From contig OX597833.1 of assembly GCA_951406725.2 (NCBI GenBank), forward strand, positions 45,942,001 to 46,006,000: DNA of 64,000 nt, in the 5' to 3' direction. Positions 45,786 through 60,233 of the stretch are shown one piece after another. Numbering within the stretch: position 1 is the first letter of the stretch; each line of letters starts with the position of its first letter. This DNA is from Octopus vulgaris (taxonomy: Eukaryota). The notes under the pieces are model-generated. The model searched no databases. It worked only from the letters and a program-made list of their open reading frames with translations, and was not told the origin of the DNA. The position numbers and the translations under genes were made by a program.

Positions 45786-46368
45786 CTATCATGTGAAAAT
45801 GTAAATTAATGGCCGAATTTGGCCAAATGCGTTTGTTTTCAATATTTATTTTTGCTTGCAATAGCCGGTTCTTTTGGTCAAATTATCGTATTTCCAGCTG
45901 CTTCAAATGCCAAGATATCAAAAACTGTCAAAGTGTATTACAACGGTTTTACTATGGAATGGTGAAACTATTTTTTCGTTTTCTGAAAAAGCAACGTTTT
46001 GGACTTACGACACTTTTGCATAATAATAACTATTATATGTATATATTAAAACTGTTTATAAGTTTGCTTGCTATGGACATTCAAACTTACACTGGTCCCC
46101 TTAATTCATAATGCTAAATTTATCTGTTTTAAACATGTTAATTTGTCAACATTGAAACATTTTGATTTATCAACATTGAAACTTATAACGATGTTTTTCT
46201 AATTTTACACTTTTACCATTGATAAACAAAAGATATTGTTGAAATTAGTATAGTAATTATGTAAATAAATGTATTTTAAACAATTAGAAGTTTTTGAAAT
46301 TTAGGTGCATATTCAACAACATGTTTCCCTATATTTTTACCTACGTGGAAACACACCCCACTCTTTTG

Positions 46369-46421
<53 letters not shown>

Positions 46422-46439
46422 GTATATATATATTCGTTT

Positions 46440-46800
46440 TCTTTTATTCTTTTACATGTTTCAGTCATTTGACTGAGGCCATGCTGGAGCACCGCCTTTA
46501 GCCGAGCAAATCGACCCCAGGACTTATTCTTTGTAAGCCTAGTACTTATTCTATCGGTCTCTTTGCCGAACCGCTAAGTTACGTGGACGTAAACACACAC
46601 AGACACATAAACATATATACACACACACACACACATATACATATATACGACAGGCTTCTTTCAGTTTCCGCCTACCAAATCCACTCACAAGGCTTTGGTC
46701 GGCCCGAGGCTATAGTAAAAGACACTTGCTTAAGGTGTCACGCAGTGGGAATGAACCCGAAACCATATGGTTGGTAAGCAAGCTACTTACCACACAGCCA
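46440..46800 (-). mobile_element. SINE family A
   Basis: Reverse complement of the family consensus, with an internal deletion. Confidence 0.8.
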
Positions 46801-46944
46801 ATATATATATATATATTTGTATGCGTGTCTGTATATGAACTAGTATAGAAACATGGAATTCAGAGATGAGAAGATGTAGGTTGGACACACGTCCGCATGC
46901 ACGTACACCCGCAGAAACACATACACGTATGTACACACATACAC

Positions 46945-46946
<2 letters not shown>

Positions 46947-46975
<29 letters not shown>

Positions 46976-47006
46976 CATACATACATACATACATACATAC
47001 ATACAT

Positions 47007-47041
<35 letters not shown>

Positions 47042-47093
47042 TACATACATACATACATACATACATACATACATACATACATACATACATACA
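46947..47093. repeat. (CATA)n microsatellite
   Basis: Directly visible. Confidence 0.95.
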
Positions 47094-47404
47094 TGAATGA
47101 CGACTGGTAAAACTCGTAATTGTCGGTCAAATCGTCCTGAACCGGGAGACCGTGACGATACGGAAAGTAGCTGAAACCATGATTGGTTAGGATGGTTGTT
47201 GGTAATACTGATGGTGATGGTGATGACGGTGATGAAGTGACTATGACAACGGGGGTGATGATAATTACACTGCTTGGCACCCACTTCAGGCCAACTCTGA
47301 CTAAGCAGAGCTAGCTGATAAGTACTCCAGCCTCTATAGTATTTAGCAGCTATTTCCAGCAGATCGATCCACTGTGCAGAGACGCTCCTTTGTATGTTTT
47401 TTTA

Positions 47405-47830
47405 GATGGTGATGATGATGATGATAATGATGATGATGATGATCGTCGTCGTGAGGATGGTGACGACACGACGACGTGACGATGATGGTGGTGGTGGTGG
47501 TGGTGGGGTCCCGACGATTACGTCGATGGCAATCATTGATTGGTTATGGGTTGTCATTGTGCTCTGGTCGTAATGATGAGAATATACTGATTATTATGAA
47601 GGTGGTGGTGGTGGTGATGATGGTGGTGGCGGTGATGGTGGTGGTGGTAGTAGTGGTGGTGGTGGTGGTGGTGGTGGGTGGCAGCGGTGACACCGTCGAC
47701 GGCGATGGTGGTGGCGACGGCAATGGCACCGATGTCAGTGTTAACGAGGATTACGATAATGAGTCATGGCGACTATGATGACACTGATAATTAGAATTAA
47801 TGTTTGTATAATGATGGCGATGATACAACT
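47405..47830. repeat. Degenerate (GAT/GGT)n tract
   Basis: Directly visible. Confidence 0.9.
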
Positions 47831-48010
47831 AATTAAGACGGTGATGACTGTACTGATGTTAATCAAACAAGCATTAACCAATCTGTCATAGGAAAATAAA
47901 ATGCATTCCTAGCAGAGATTAGATATAAAAGATTTGGAAATCAACCCCGACTCCGCCTTGATTCAAGGCATAAGTTACAAGGCAGCTAGATTCTTGGTGT
48001 GTGTGTGTGT

Positions 48011-48340
48011 GTACAGTAATACCTCAGTTTACGAGGGTCCGCTTTACGAGAGCACGGCTTTACGAGATTTATTTTTCAAGCACAAGATCCAACTTTTGAA
48101 CGAAGTGCAAAATTTTCTTCTACCGTAACAAATGCTTCTGCGTGTTACCGAGAAATTTATAGAAAGCGAAAAAGAGCTTCTTCGAAGCAAACAACAACTC
48201 TAGACTTGTTTTTTTTTTAAAAAGAAATCTACAAGTCCGTCAACGAGTGCTTGTGAATCGGCAATCGCACCTACAAGTGATGGTGTGCATCAGTCTAGTG
48301 CGAGTGAAAGTGATTCAGATTATAATAATATTATTTATCA
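48011..48340 (+). mobile_element. Tigger/pogo-like DNA transposon fragment
   Basis: ta-cagtaatacctc...tttacgag subterminal repeats; KQTTLDLFF resembles pogo C-termini. Confidence 0.45.
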
Positions 48341-48384
<44 letters not shown>

Positions 48385-48436
48385 CCCCAGCATGGCCACA
48401 GCTCATGAGCTGAAACTAGAATCAATCAATCAATCA

Positions 48437-48480
<44 letters not shown>

Positions 48481-48481
<1 letters not shown>

Positions 48482-48653
48482 TCTCTTTTACTTGTTTCAA
48501 TCATTTGACTGCGGCCATGCTGGAGCACTGCCTTTAGTCGAGCAAATCGACCCTAGGACTTATTCTTTGTGAGCCTATTACTTATTCTATCGGTCTCTTT
48601 TGCCGAACTGCCAAGTTACGAGGGACGTTAACACACCAGCATCGGTTGTCAAG

Positions 48654-48738
<85 letters not shown>

Positions 48739-48861
48739 CGACGGGCTTTGGTCGACCCGAGGGTATAGTAGAAGACACTTGCCCAATGTGCCACGCAGTG
48801 GGACTGAACCCGGAACCATGTGGTTGGTAAGCAAGCTACTTATCACACAGCCACTCCTGCG

Positions 48862-48865
<4 letters not shown>
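48481..48865 (-). mobile_element. SINE family A with expanded internal (TA)n
   Basis: Reverse complement of the family consensus. Confidence 0.8.
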
Positions 48866-48900
<35 letters not shown>

Positions 48901-49219
48901 GCGTATAACTCCATTAATTATCTCTCTCTCTCTCTCAGTCTGTGTATCTTCTTGCGCAGGTGTGTGAGTGTGCTCGCCTACAGTACCAAAAAGTACCGTT
49001 GTCAAATATAGCCTGAATGTTTGGTTAGCTGTATCAATTGTTCAGCGTCCAAGTAGTCGGACCCAATCATTTCATTCTGCAGTGCTCATGACTTTATTTA
49101 TTTTTTATAACTCCAAGAGCGGTTCGCCTCAAACCTGAAATTCAGTCCAAATACTTGCACTACACACGCAAAAAAAAAAAAAAAAAAAAAACTCCAATAA
49201 AAGTAAGCAAGGGCCATAT

Positions 49220-49455
49220 ATTTGTTTCTTTATTACCCACAAGGGGCTAAACACAGAGGGGACAAACAAGGACAGACAAACGGATTAAGTCGATTACATC
49301 GACCCCAGTGCGTTACTGGTACTTAATTTAATCGACCCCCAAAGGATGAAAGGCAAAGTCGACCTCGGCGGAATTTGAACTCAGAACGGAACGGTAGACG
49401 AAATACCGCTAAGTGTTTCGCCCGGTGTGCTAACGTTTCTGCCAGCTCGCTCCCT
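49220..49455 (-). mobile_element. SINE family B
   Basis: Reverse complement of the family consensus. Confidence 0.85.
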
Positions 49456-49978
49456 TACATACATACACACACACATACATACACACAAGGGCCATATATT
49501 AAATCATCCAAGAACTCGGAAAGGAAAGAGCAGAACAAAGAATTTCGACTGATTATCACACACCTCCCCGGTCAGTTGATATATTCCACAGACATGGAAA
49601 GCATAAAACGAAAAGTTGCTGATCACGTTTGACCACGATGAGGATTGAACTCGGAGCGTTGTGAAACAGGTCGAGTACATACATAAATATGCGTATGTAT
49701 GCATGTATGTATGTATGTATGTATGTATGTATGTATGTATGTATGTATGTATGTATGTATGTATGTGTGCCTTTGTGCATATGCGTGTGTGTGTGCTTCT
49801 CCCTACCATTGCTTGACAACCGGTATTGGTATGTTTATGTCCCTGTAACTTAGCGTTTCAGCAAAAGAGATAGAATTACCAGGCTTTAAAAAATAAGCGC
49901 TAGTGTCGATTCGTTCGACTAAAATTCCCCAAAGCAGATACATACATAACAGATACATACATATGTATGTATACATAC

Positions 49979-50028
<50 letters not shown>

Positions 50029-50689
50029 TGAGATCGGGGTTGTGAGTGCAACCCACCATGGGATAACATATAACCAATATACTGCCAATAAAGCACCCAA
50101 CAAAGTTAATACATAAAGTAGTTGGTAAATAAATTATGTGAATAGGTATTATCTGGTAGTTGATTATTGATTAAGGTGTATTCCTCCATTTTCTTATTTT
50201 GTGTATATATATATATATATGAATATATATATATATAATGCTTATATGTATAGATAGAAAGATGTGTGACTGTATGCATGTATGCACGTATGTATACATT
50301 GTGTGTGTGTGTGTGCGTGCCTCTGTGTTTGTCCCCCTATCACCGCTAGGCAAACAGCGTTGGTGTGTTTATGTCCCCGTAAGCTAGCAGTTCAACAAAA
50401 CAGACGGACGAAATAAGTACTATGCTTATAAAAAAAAAAGTCCTGAGGTTGATTTGTTCGACTAAAAATCCTTCCAGGTGCTCCAGCATGGCCCCAGTCT
50501 AATGACTGAAATAAGTAAAATGAATAAAAGAACATATTTATATATATATAAATAGGTTAAAATATAAAAATCAACGAAAATGCATATTGTAGATATAAAA
50601 AGGTTATTTATGACAGGTAGTGACAAATATATACATTTAGAGTATTACTAGTCAAAAAGGTCATTATTATTGATGATTATAAGAAGTTA

Positions 50690-51010
<321 letters not shown>

Positions 51011-51462
51011 TAAAGACAAGCAACTCCATACAAGTGACAGCACATATTTTCCTTCATGAAGATGTGTGTGTGTGCTTGTTTGTGTATGCGTGTGTGCATA
51101 TGTGTGTGTATATATACACACAGATACATGCATATCCATATATAATTTACACATACACACACGCACATACACCCATGCAGACATATAAACATACATACAA
51201 CAGTCACACACATATACATACACGCATGCATATATTTGTTTTTGCGTGTATATGCACACAAATCTTAAATATACACACACACACACGGTCTTTTTCTTTG
51301 TGGTTCAACATTATCAGAATAGAAAGACGAACGCTTATGCGAAGGAAGAACTACTAACAAATAATAACTTACAATTTTTACCCTAAAACTGACCATATAC
51401 TACTACGTTTTATGTATACAAAACAAAATCAGAAATATATTATAAGATTTGGGACAAATCAG

Positions 51463-51881
51463 GGATCTTTTCGGTTTGAACGGCAGTTTTTTCTAGCGGG
51501 GTCATATGAAATCGTCACCCATAATTATGACCCTAGTATCGATCTATTGCATTTCAATCTGTTTTAAGGTTAGGGTTAGGGGTGGAGGGAAGGGTATCTT
51601 TTTTTTCTTCACAAATGTAAATAAACCCAATCTGTTTCTTAAAAACGAGAGACATATTCATACGGCACAGAATGGTTTTTTTTTACCTCAATAGACGTCA
51701 TTGATCGGTTGAAATTGCAGAAAAAAAAACAACAAATATCTTACAAACTATAGAATTTTCTCAATAAAGCCAAGAGAAAAAGATGTTTTATAAACACATT
51801 CTACCAGTATACGAAGTTTAAAAGTGTTTAGTTACGTGGAAATTATTTTTTAAAAAACTGCCGTTCAAACCGAAAAGATCC
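51463..51881. mobile_element. Merlin-like MITE with 8-bp TSD CAAATCAG and internal TTAGGG repeats
   Basis: TIR ggatcttttcggtttgaacggcagtttttt / aaaaaactgccgttcaaaccgaaaagatcc; TSD at 51455-51462 and 51882-51889. Confidence 0.75.
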
Positions 51882-51949
51882 CAAATCAGTTTTTTTTTTT
51901 TTTTTTTTCTAAAAACAGATTTCATGTGTAAAACATTAGAAGCTAAGAC

Positions 51950-52210
51950 TACGAACGAGAGAGACTCGCGACTTGAACTGCTGTTGTGAACTAAGAAAGG
52001 GTATTTCCCTGTGTCGTCACAAACGGCAGCCAATCAGCAAGGAGAAAGCTAATTCGATGACTTCCTGTGACAGAAACAGCTGCTCGGAGCACCTGCTGAG
52101 TGTGGATTGTTAGCTTATTCGGTCTCGGCATTTCTGAGACTTCGATACGCCCGGCTACCGACTGAGGTTACTTGTTATAGCAGTATGACCAGTTTATATA
52201 AAACTCGCAG
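51950..52210 (+). promoter_or_regulatory. Candidate NUAK promoter region
   Basis: CpG-richer unique sequence with AGCCAATCAG (CCAAT 52030-52034), ETS-like ACTTCCTG (52060-52067) and E-boxes CAGCTG/CACCTG; no TE recognised from here to the ATG. Confidence 0.4.
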
Positions 52211-53325
52211 TTTGACTACAAGCTATTTGTTGATGAGCCTACCTATGTGACTGTATCGTTTACCGGCTCTATATTTCCTGACCTTCTTATTGTATTATTT
52301 AACACGTTTTATTTTTAAACATACACACACACACTTCGTTATTGAGGAAAAACTAAAAGACACTTGTAACATCAACCCTGCTAAGCTTGGGTCTCAGTTA
52401 ATCCTATTGGAATCGTATTACTATCTGTAAAAACAAAACAAAAGAAAAATATTTATTTCGTTGGACTTCACATTCACACACGCCTTCAATATTTTTTTTA
52501 CACTACTAAGAAATATAGTCAAATTATTTTCCTTTGAGATTTCTGGAACTCTTGCGGAATATCTGATTTTTATTATCATTAATTTTTTCCCCCCAGATAT
52601 AACTTCCCATCGACTTTTTTGAATATTATTCTCTACAATTATTATTATTATTATTTTCATTGTTGACTTTTGGAAACTAAACGTGCCTTTCTTTCACCTA
52701 TTTTGCAAAGAACTTTTGTAAAAATTAAACGTTCGTTTATATTTTATGGAAGAAATTCAAGAATATTTGTCCATAAGAACGAATGAAGGATATTCCGTTG
52801 GAAAAAGCTTATTCTTTCACAACTACAAATCCAATTATTGGCACATGGGACTTCGATTCCATCACTTTCCACATCTTTTCCAGTCGTTAAAAGAGAAGAA
52901 TCCGCTACATTTTTGCTTTTCTCAATTCCAAAGTGTAAATGTTCCAAACAGATGTATCTTGAAGTTGTTATGACTTACTACTAGCTTCCTGACCGCAACA
53001 CGCCTGTCTTAATGGGATAAACAGTAGTCAGATCTGTTTCCTTATTGCCGTCCGCTGCAGACACCACAAATATTGTTGCCAGATTTAGAGAATATCTTTC
53101 TCCACTTGCTGGCTCGACACATTCCAGCCACGAAGGTGCTACTTCGCACGATCAGCAAGTGGCAAAAGAAGGCATCACCAAATTGCTGCAGAATAATAAT
53201 AAGAGAGCAAGCCGGTCATCTTTGAATATTTTCGCGATTCTTCTTCACCCATTTTCTTCAGACACACATTCTTTCTTTCGCTCTCTATCCTTAATAATTA
53301 ACACACACAAACACATATTTATATA

Positions 53326-53514
53326 ATGCCTGCCAAGAACTCAATTGATGAAGAAGCAACAATGGTAGCTGAACAGACCACTACTGCTATCCCCCGACCT
53401 GTGATTCATAATCACAGACATAACCTTCGCCACAGGTTCGAAATGCTGGAAACGATAGGAGAAGGTACTTATGGTAAAGTGAAGCTGGCTATAGAAAAAA
53501 GCACTGGTGAAAAG
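53326..53514 (+). CDS. NUAK1: NUAK/ARK5-family (AMPK-related) Ser/Thr kinase, first coding exon
   Basis: HNHRHNLRHRFEMLETIGEGTYGKVKLAIEKSTGEK matches NUAK [26 protein letters not shown], including the Gly-rich loop. Phase-0 donor gtttgt just before the expected VAIK. NUAK1 versus NUAK2 cannot be distinguished. Confidence 0.88.
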
Positions 53515-54534
53515 GTTTGTAATTTAACTATTTTATTGTACTTCTCCGATTTTCGTCATCCTCATTTTTATTTAATTATACTATTGTTATTTTTTTCTTT
53601 GTTACTCTTCTAAGAATTCTTCCACCCAAATTCAGCTTTGAAAATTATTTTTTCTATTCTGCTAAGAAGCCTGTAGTTCCTTTTTTTAAAGTAAAATATA
53701 AGATTTACTGATTTATAACAGATCAAGCTATTTATTAATACGGTTCGAAGTAGTTTTAGCAAGCTGCGGTTACGGACAATGTCCATTATCTTCCATCTCT
53801 ATCTCATTTTCATCGATATCAGCTTTTAGCTATATCACATTAAATTCATTCAGCAAGAAAAAAAACAGGTTTAAAAAAAAGGCATTAAATAGATGAGAGC
53901 TCGGCTTTATTTCTTAGCTGCAATATTTGTTAACGTTCTTTTCTTTGCTACCGACCATCAGATACATGTGCGCACACACACTCACTCACTCGTATATATA
54001 CATATATGTACATAGTAGAGTAGGTATGAACTAAACTTAGTACTAAACATCTATCTAACTAGTGCTCCACTCTGAACTCACTGATTTGACTGTGTGCAGG
54101 AAATATATAGCCCTTTGGTAAATCTGGATCGGAAAAGCATCTTATTGAAGTATTTTTTTACGGAAATGTATTCATCTGACGAAAGTCTAGACTCCAGACA
54201 AACATGACTACTTCTCCCTCTTTCTCTCTCTCTACTCGCGCACACGTACACATATTTGTGCATGAATATGAACTGCAAAAGAATAGATTTAATTTAATTT
54301 CATCGTTATTTTTGCGGATAAATACACAAGATATTTTTACACGTATGTCCAACGACAAGATTCGTCTATGATAAATACATTTTAACAGGAAAAAATAATT
54401 GAAATACACACACACAGACACACACGTACTCTGTTCCGTTTGATCATATCCACGTTGTTAATGAGATAAAATTGTATTACACAAGTTAATTACAATTTAA
54501 CTTGAGAAAATTTTCAATCGTACGTAACTTGGTT

Positions 54535-54757
54535 GGTACTACAAGCGAACAGTGGTCCTCGCTAGCTAGTTGTAAGTAGTCGATCCTACAATTTTTAAAA
54601 CTAAGTAAATAAATTATTTTTATAAACAAACTAGGGTTAGGGTTAACAAATTAGGGTTTAGAGTTAAAAAGTCATTGTAGGATCGACTACTTACGACTAG
54701 CTAGCTAGCGCAGATGCGCGAGTGCGCACACCGGGACCACTGTTCGCTAGTAGTACC
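54535..54757. mobile_element. Merlin-like MITE with 8-bp TSD ACTTGGTT and internal TTAGGG repeats
   Basis: TIR ggtactacaagcgaacagtggtcc / ggaccactgttcgctagtagtacc plus an inner inverted repeat; TSD at 54527-54534 and 54758-54765. Confidence 0.75.
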
Positions 54758-55396
54758 ACTTGGTTATGGTGTTCATAAAGTTTATTTTAGTTTCGTTTGA
54801 TTTGTGTCGTTTATTCGCTTTAATATTTAAAAATCTCTCAGTCAAAAACCGTCGTTCACTTGTAAAAAACAAACAAACCAAAACTAGAAAAAGTAGTTGT
54901 CGATATGTTGGTGATTACTATATTAATGCAGAACAAGCTTGTACGAAGTCGCTTGTAATAACTTTGTACTTACAAAACCTGGAAACCGTTCATTCATTAA
55001 GCTAGTCATTCATTCATAATATCTCCTGTTGCCTGAGGGCCCGACCGGGCTATCTCGTAATAAGCCCCTTTTCCACAAGCATAACATCCACTCACTTCCT
55101 TGTCACCCAATTAACTGACAGCTCCTTTCCGTCTCTAAGATCACTTCTCATATATATATATATGTATTTATATATGTATATATGTATATATTTATATATG
55201 TCCCGTTTTAAAGTAGAAGAAATAGCTAACGTTTTTTGGCTGCTATTTCTAAACTTCGGTATGTGGTAAAGCAAATCTTTGCTGAACCCTAATTATTAAG
55301 TATTACTTAAGTTTACCATGAAATGGTCCTTTTTTCATGCCGAATTCTACTTGGTGAAATTATTGATTACTTCTTAATTAATTAATTTTACCCTTT

Positions 55397-55484
<88 letters not shown>

Positions 55485-57709
55485 ATATTATTCAAAGGAA
55501 TTCCAACTCTGTTTTTTTATGTTTTATTTATATTAATGTAGAATATAGAATATATAGTATATATAGTAAAATGAAATGAAGTATTGATTGTCTTATTGAA
55601 TAGATGAAATATTGAATATAAAATATTAAGGGACTAGTATACTTTCTTGCATTAAAGCAGTCTTCAAGGTCCCAGGTTGTGACAGGAGTGTTGGTTTATT
55701 TTTTACTAGATAGCGGATATTTATATATATATGTACACACACACATATATCTGGAGTTTTGTTTTTACTAGATAGCGAAAGTTTCTCTTCTTTAAAAATA
55801 TTTTCATTATGTTGCAAGCTTTATTTTTTCCCCTAACACACATCCATCCATCCATTCATTTTCTCTCTCTCTCACTCTCCCTTTTTCACACACACACAAA
55901 CACGTATAACATAAAAGAGGTTCACATTTATAAGTCATTTCTATTTCCCTTTTTCTTCCTTCGCCATCATCATCAAGCTAGTTTACTTGTTATCTCCAGC
56001 CCCCCCCCCTCACATACACACACACTGCATATGTTTATATTGTGTGTTAGTGAGTGAGTGAGTGAACGAACGTCTGTGTCTTGTCTGTCTGTCTTGTGTG
56101 ATTTGACTGATACTATTACATGGTAAGGACTATCAAGTAAGACCTAATTCGTTTAGATAATGATAATATTTATTGTAGGGTTAATAACAGTACTTAGACT
56201 CGTACTACAGACAGTGTCAATAATTATTTAGTACTTGCAGAGTTGACAGCAAGATATAAAGTGAGTCACCCCGAGAGACCTTAGTGAATGAATTTTTCTA
56301 CCGATCGAGTTACCGTTAATTTGATTATATATATATATGCTTATTGCATCCTCCAGAGTTGTTTCAGCTTTTGTTTCCTGGGTTTGTTTGAGGAAAGCAT
56401 AAACACCACGCATTCGTTTCCTCGTCTCATTTCAAGATAAATTTTCTGCGTGTGTAAAAAGGTTAGGGGAAAATAATTGCAACGGTATGAGCTTGAAGCC
56501 CCACTAGAGGAAGATGGAAATTGATTGTATTTGTTGCCTTCCTAGAGAGCAATAAAGACGGGTATTTGTAGCAACTTTAATTCATTTTTAGCGAATATAC
56601 CTCATTCTTTGAAATACTCATTGAGTGCAGATGGTAGAGTCAACCTAACGAGATGACTTTTCACAGTGATTTTGGAATTGTAACTAGCTTGTCGGAGGAA
56701 GTTACTCAACGGTAAATTCCTCCGACAAATATTCCATATGTGAATGAAATTATAATCGAAAGAGGATTCTCGCCTTTCTGAGTTCAAATCTCATCAAAAT
56801 TGACTTGTTGCATTTCAGACAATGGGGGTTGTGTCATTCAAACTAACCACAATATTCTCTAAGAGGTTTTGTATCTTAAAACTACAAATAAACCTAGCCA
56901 TCATCCAATTGCTTGCTAACGTTTTTAGAAAGGGCGATATGTTATGTCTAGTCAATAGAAATCAATAATTAATAGACAAGAGAAGGCGGCGAGCTCAGCG
57001 GAATCGTTAGCTCGTCGGTCAAAATCTTTAGCGACATTTCATCTGAGTTCAAATGCCTCCGGGGTCGACTTTGTCTTTCATCCTTTCGAGATCGATAAAA
57101 TAAGTACTGGCCAGCCCTGCTTAAACGGACCTATGATCAATCATCGTCATTTTAAAGACTTCTAAGACTACACTATCTAAAGTACCCTTTACCTTTTCTT
57201 AACCAATAGCGTACAATTTTAAGGAATTTGGTAGGTACTTTTGGCAGTTTTGGGGCTACAACATTAGCTGGGAGCCACTAGACAATGTCTTTACTAAAAA
57301 AAAATATATACTGGAACGATGTGCTTCTTGTGAAAGGAGTCCGCAACGCTGTTCCAGTTCTTATTCGAATCTACTTTCATTTCTAATCATAAGATACTTC
57401 GGGCCTTACGTGGTAAGGAAACAAACCAGTTTTGCTTTCCTTTATTATTAAGAAAAGATTAATTTCAATATTGAAAACTAGTTTAGTTTCTTTCCAATCG
57501 TTTTCTCTTTGATTTAAAATAATTTCAAATTGATAAACAGATTTATTTCATTTGACGTTAAAGAATTAAAGATCGAGCTTCTTTATGGTAATTCAAACCC
57601 AAAGCCCCCGCCAAACAGTAAAAAACCCATCTGGGTTTCACATCATGTACACGTTAAGCGTGATGTATGTTGATGAAAATATTCTTGAAGACTTCCTTAA
57701 TTTAAAATT

Positions 57710-58175
57710 TATTACTTAGATAACTTAGATATGCTTCGGCCAAAGATTGGCCCAGGCCATGTCTAACTTGGATCTATTAAGTCCTCTGATAGGATCTGTC
57801 AAGTCATTTTTTAAATCATGTTTTGTGGTATCATGGCCCGTTCAAGTAGGGAGGTGTTCTTGACTGAAATGTAGCCAGGTATAGGTGGCTTATCTGATAT
57901 CTCTTGAAGACATTATCCAGATTTCGTTTGAAGATGATGAGATTTTTTTTCCTTGATTTTGTTTTGGTATAATGTTAAATAGAGCAGGGCCTATTGAAGA
58001 AAACAAATTACGTTGCAGTGAATTCGTGTGTTGTACGTCTGAATTGTGCAGAGGGCGTATGGGAGGTGGTCCCAGTCTTGGGTGATTTCTGATTCTGATG
58101 TTCAGGTCGTTTGGGCAATGCTGGTGGTATATTGTCCACTTTATGCAAGTGATGTTGCGCTCGCAACGGCGCTGG
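57710..58175 (-). pseudogene. CR1/L2-group LINE 3' fragment
   Basis: Minus strand QRRCER...IGPALFNIIPKQIK...FKRNLDN (frameshifted); short tandem tail atctaagt. Confidence 0.6.
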
Positions 58176-60178
58176 AATAAAAAATCTTTAAAAAAGGTAA
58201 ACAGAGAAATTATGGAAGGAAACAGAAATTATGGAAGGAAGTTTTTGTAGTGAGCGCTTTTCCTTATTTTCTGGTCAATAAAGTATTATAATTATTACTG
58301 AGGCAGCGAGATGGCTGAAACGTAAGTGCGTCGGACAAAATACTTAGCATTTCTTTCGATTCGTTAAGTTGTCTTTTGTCCCTTTGGAAATGCCTATTTA
58401 GTTGTTATTTTTAGCACATCTCACGACCACCTCATATCCTCCTCATTTGTCTGTCAGTCTGACAGATCGATGTTTTTCAATATCTTTCTCTCCATAAACA
58501 CAGGATTTAAGCAAAAAAAAAAAAAAAATCGGACTGTCCCGAGAAAAATTCGAAAAATTAACCGATTTTTTTTTTTTTTTTTCAAAAATTTTACTTTTTC
58601 GTAGTCATCTGAATTCCCGTGTGTAGAATATAAATTCGCAAAATCTTTCCCAGAATTCAAAAAATAATAATAATAATAATAATAAAGAAGTTATGGGGGT
58701 GGGTTATATGGCGTGCTTAAAGCAGAATTCTGCCGAAATAAGTACCAGTTGAACAGTGCGTCTATGTAGTCGACTTACCCTCTACACTAAAATTACTGGC
58801 TTTGTGCCAAAATTTGAAACAATCATTATTATCATGTTAAATTATAAGTACCTATCTTGTGTCTTGATATCATTTTACGTTGAAAATCTTGGCTAATGCA
58901 TTTAATTTATTTACTATTGTTGGCTAGATCGATAATACCTGAAAACGTTCGGACAACGTAGCGCTAGAAACTTACACACATACACACCTAACAAGCACGC
59001 GGCTTAGGTTTCTTTGTTTTAAATTTCAGTTTCTTGTTGCATAGTATTTTTTGTTTGCTTGCTATTTTCCTGTTGCTTTTTGCTTATTTTTATATCAATC
59101 ACATTACACTTGCCTAGCTTTGGCCAGCAACCAACTATTCATCATCATCATCATTATTACTTACTACTTACTAGAGAGGTCTGCGTAACTTGTTTGTCCC
59201 TGGGCAAGTTAATTAAATAAACTTGCCAAAAGACTTCATGCCTAATTAAGAAGAACTCATTAGTTGCTTAGGTAGTTTATTATTTTGTTACTTTATTTAT
59301 TTTTCTCTTAACTGTTAATTTTTTTTTCTTCTGACGACAATAACCCATTTCCATCTGTTAGACACACGATAGGACAGACTCAAGAAACTTGCCAAGCTTC
59401 TGTTCATTGTTTCGTCATATCTATTTTTCACTCCTTCGTCGCATTCTTTTTTTTTTTTTTTAAATATTATTATTCTGGGTTTTTTTTCTTTTTCTCTTAC
59501 TGTCATGGATATTTCACGACGGTTCAAGCTTTGCAATTTCTGTCCACTTGCTACTTTTCCCCATTGTTTTCGTTGTTATTTGTTTAAATTTCATTGGTGG
59601 TGAGATGGCGGTTGTGGAGGGGAAGAAAGTTTTTAACATACAAACTTTTGCCCTAGACTGCTTTCCTTCAATTTCAGTTTGCATTTTTGGTCGAGTGACA
59701 CAATACGGTAGAAGAGGGAGGTCAGGAATGAACAGTGTTTTTATTAAGATTACTTTTGTTGCTTAGTCTCAGGTTGGCCCAGATAGGCAGACATATGCAT
59801 ATGATTAAAGGTTTTCAAGTCGTAACCAACCACCCTCGCCTTTTTTTTAAAAAAAGATATTGTACATCTAGGACTACGTTATCAATTGTGTTGTCTTTTT
59901 GAAGACAATAGGATGTGATTTAAGTGAGATTTGGCTTCCATTTCTAGCAGATGGAGCAATTGCAAAAAGGTTCTTTGTTGACTTGATATTGTTGTGTTGT
60001 TGGGAGATGTTATTTGTGTTTAAACCCATGTCAACCCCGACTAAGCAGATTTATTCTAAAGACATTCAAATACTGACCGTCTAGTCTGTTTCCAGGTATC
60101 ATGTACCAATGATTACATGAACCGGTGTCTTTTTCTTTGTTTGGGGTTGGTTTGACTGCTTTCTCTAACACTTCGCGC

Positions 60179-60233
<55 letters not shown>

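Noticed and set aside
51568-51582. Interstitial telomere or chromosome-fusion scar
   Set aside because: Only two or three TTAGGG units, and they lie inside a TSD-flanked MITE
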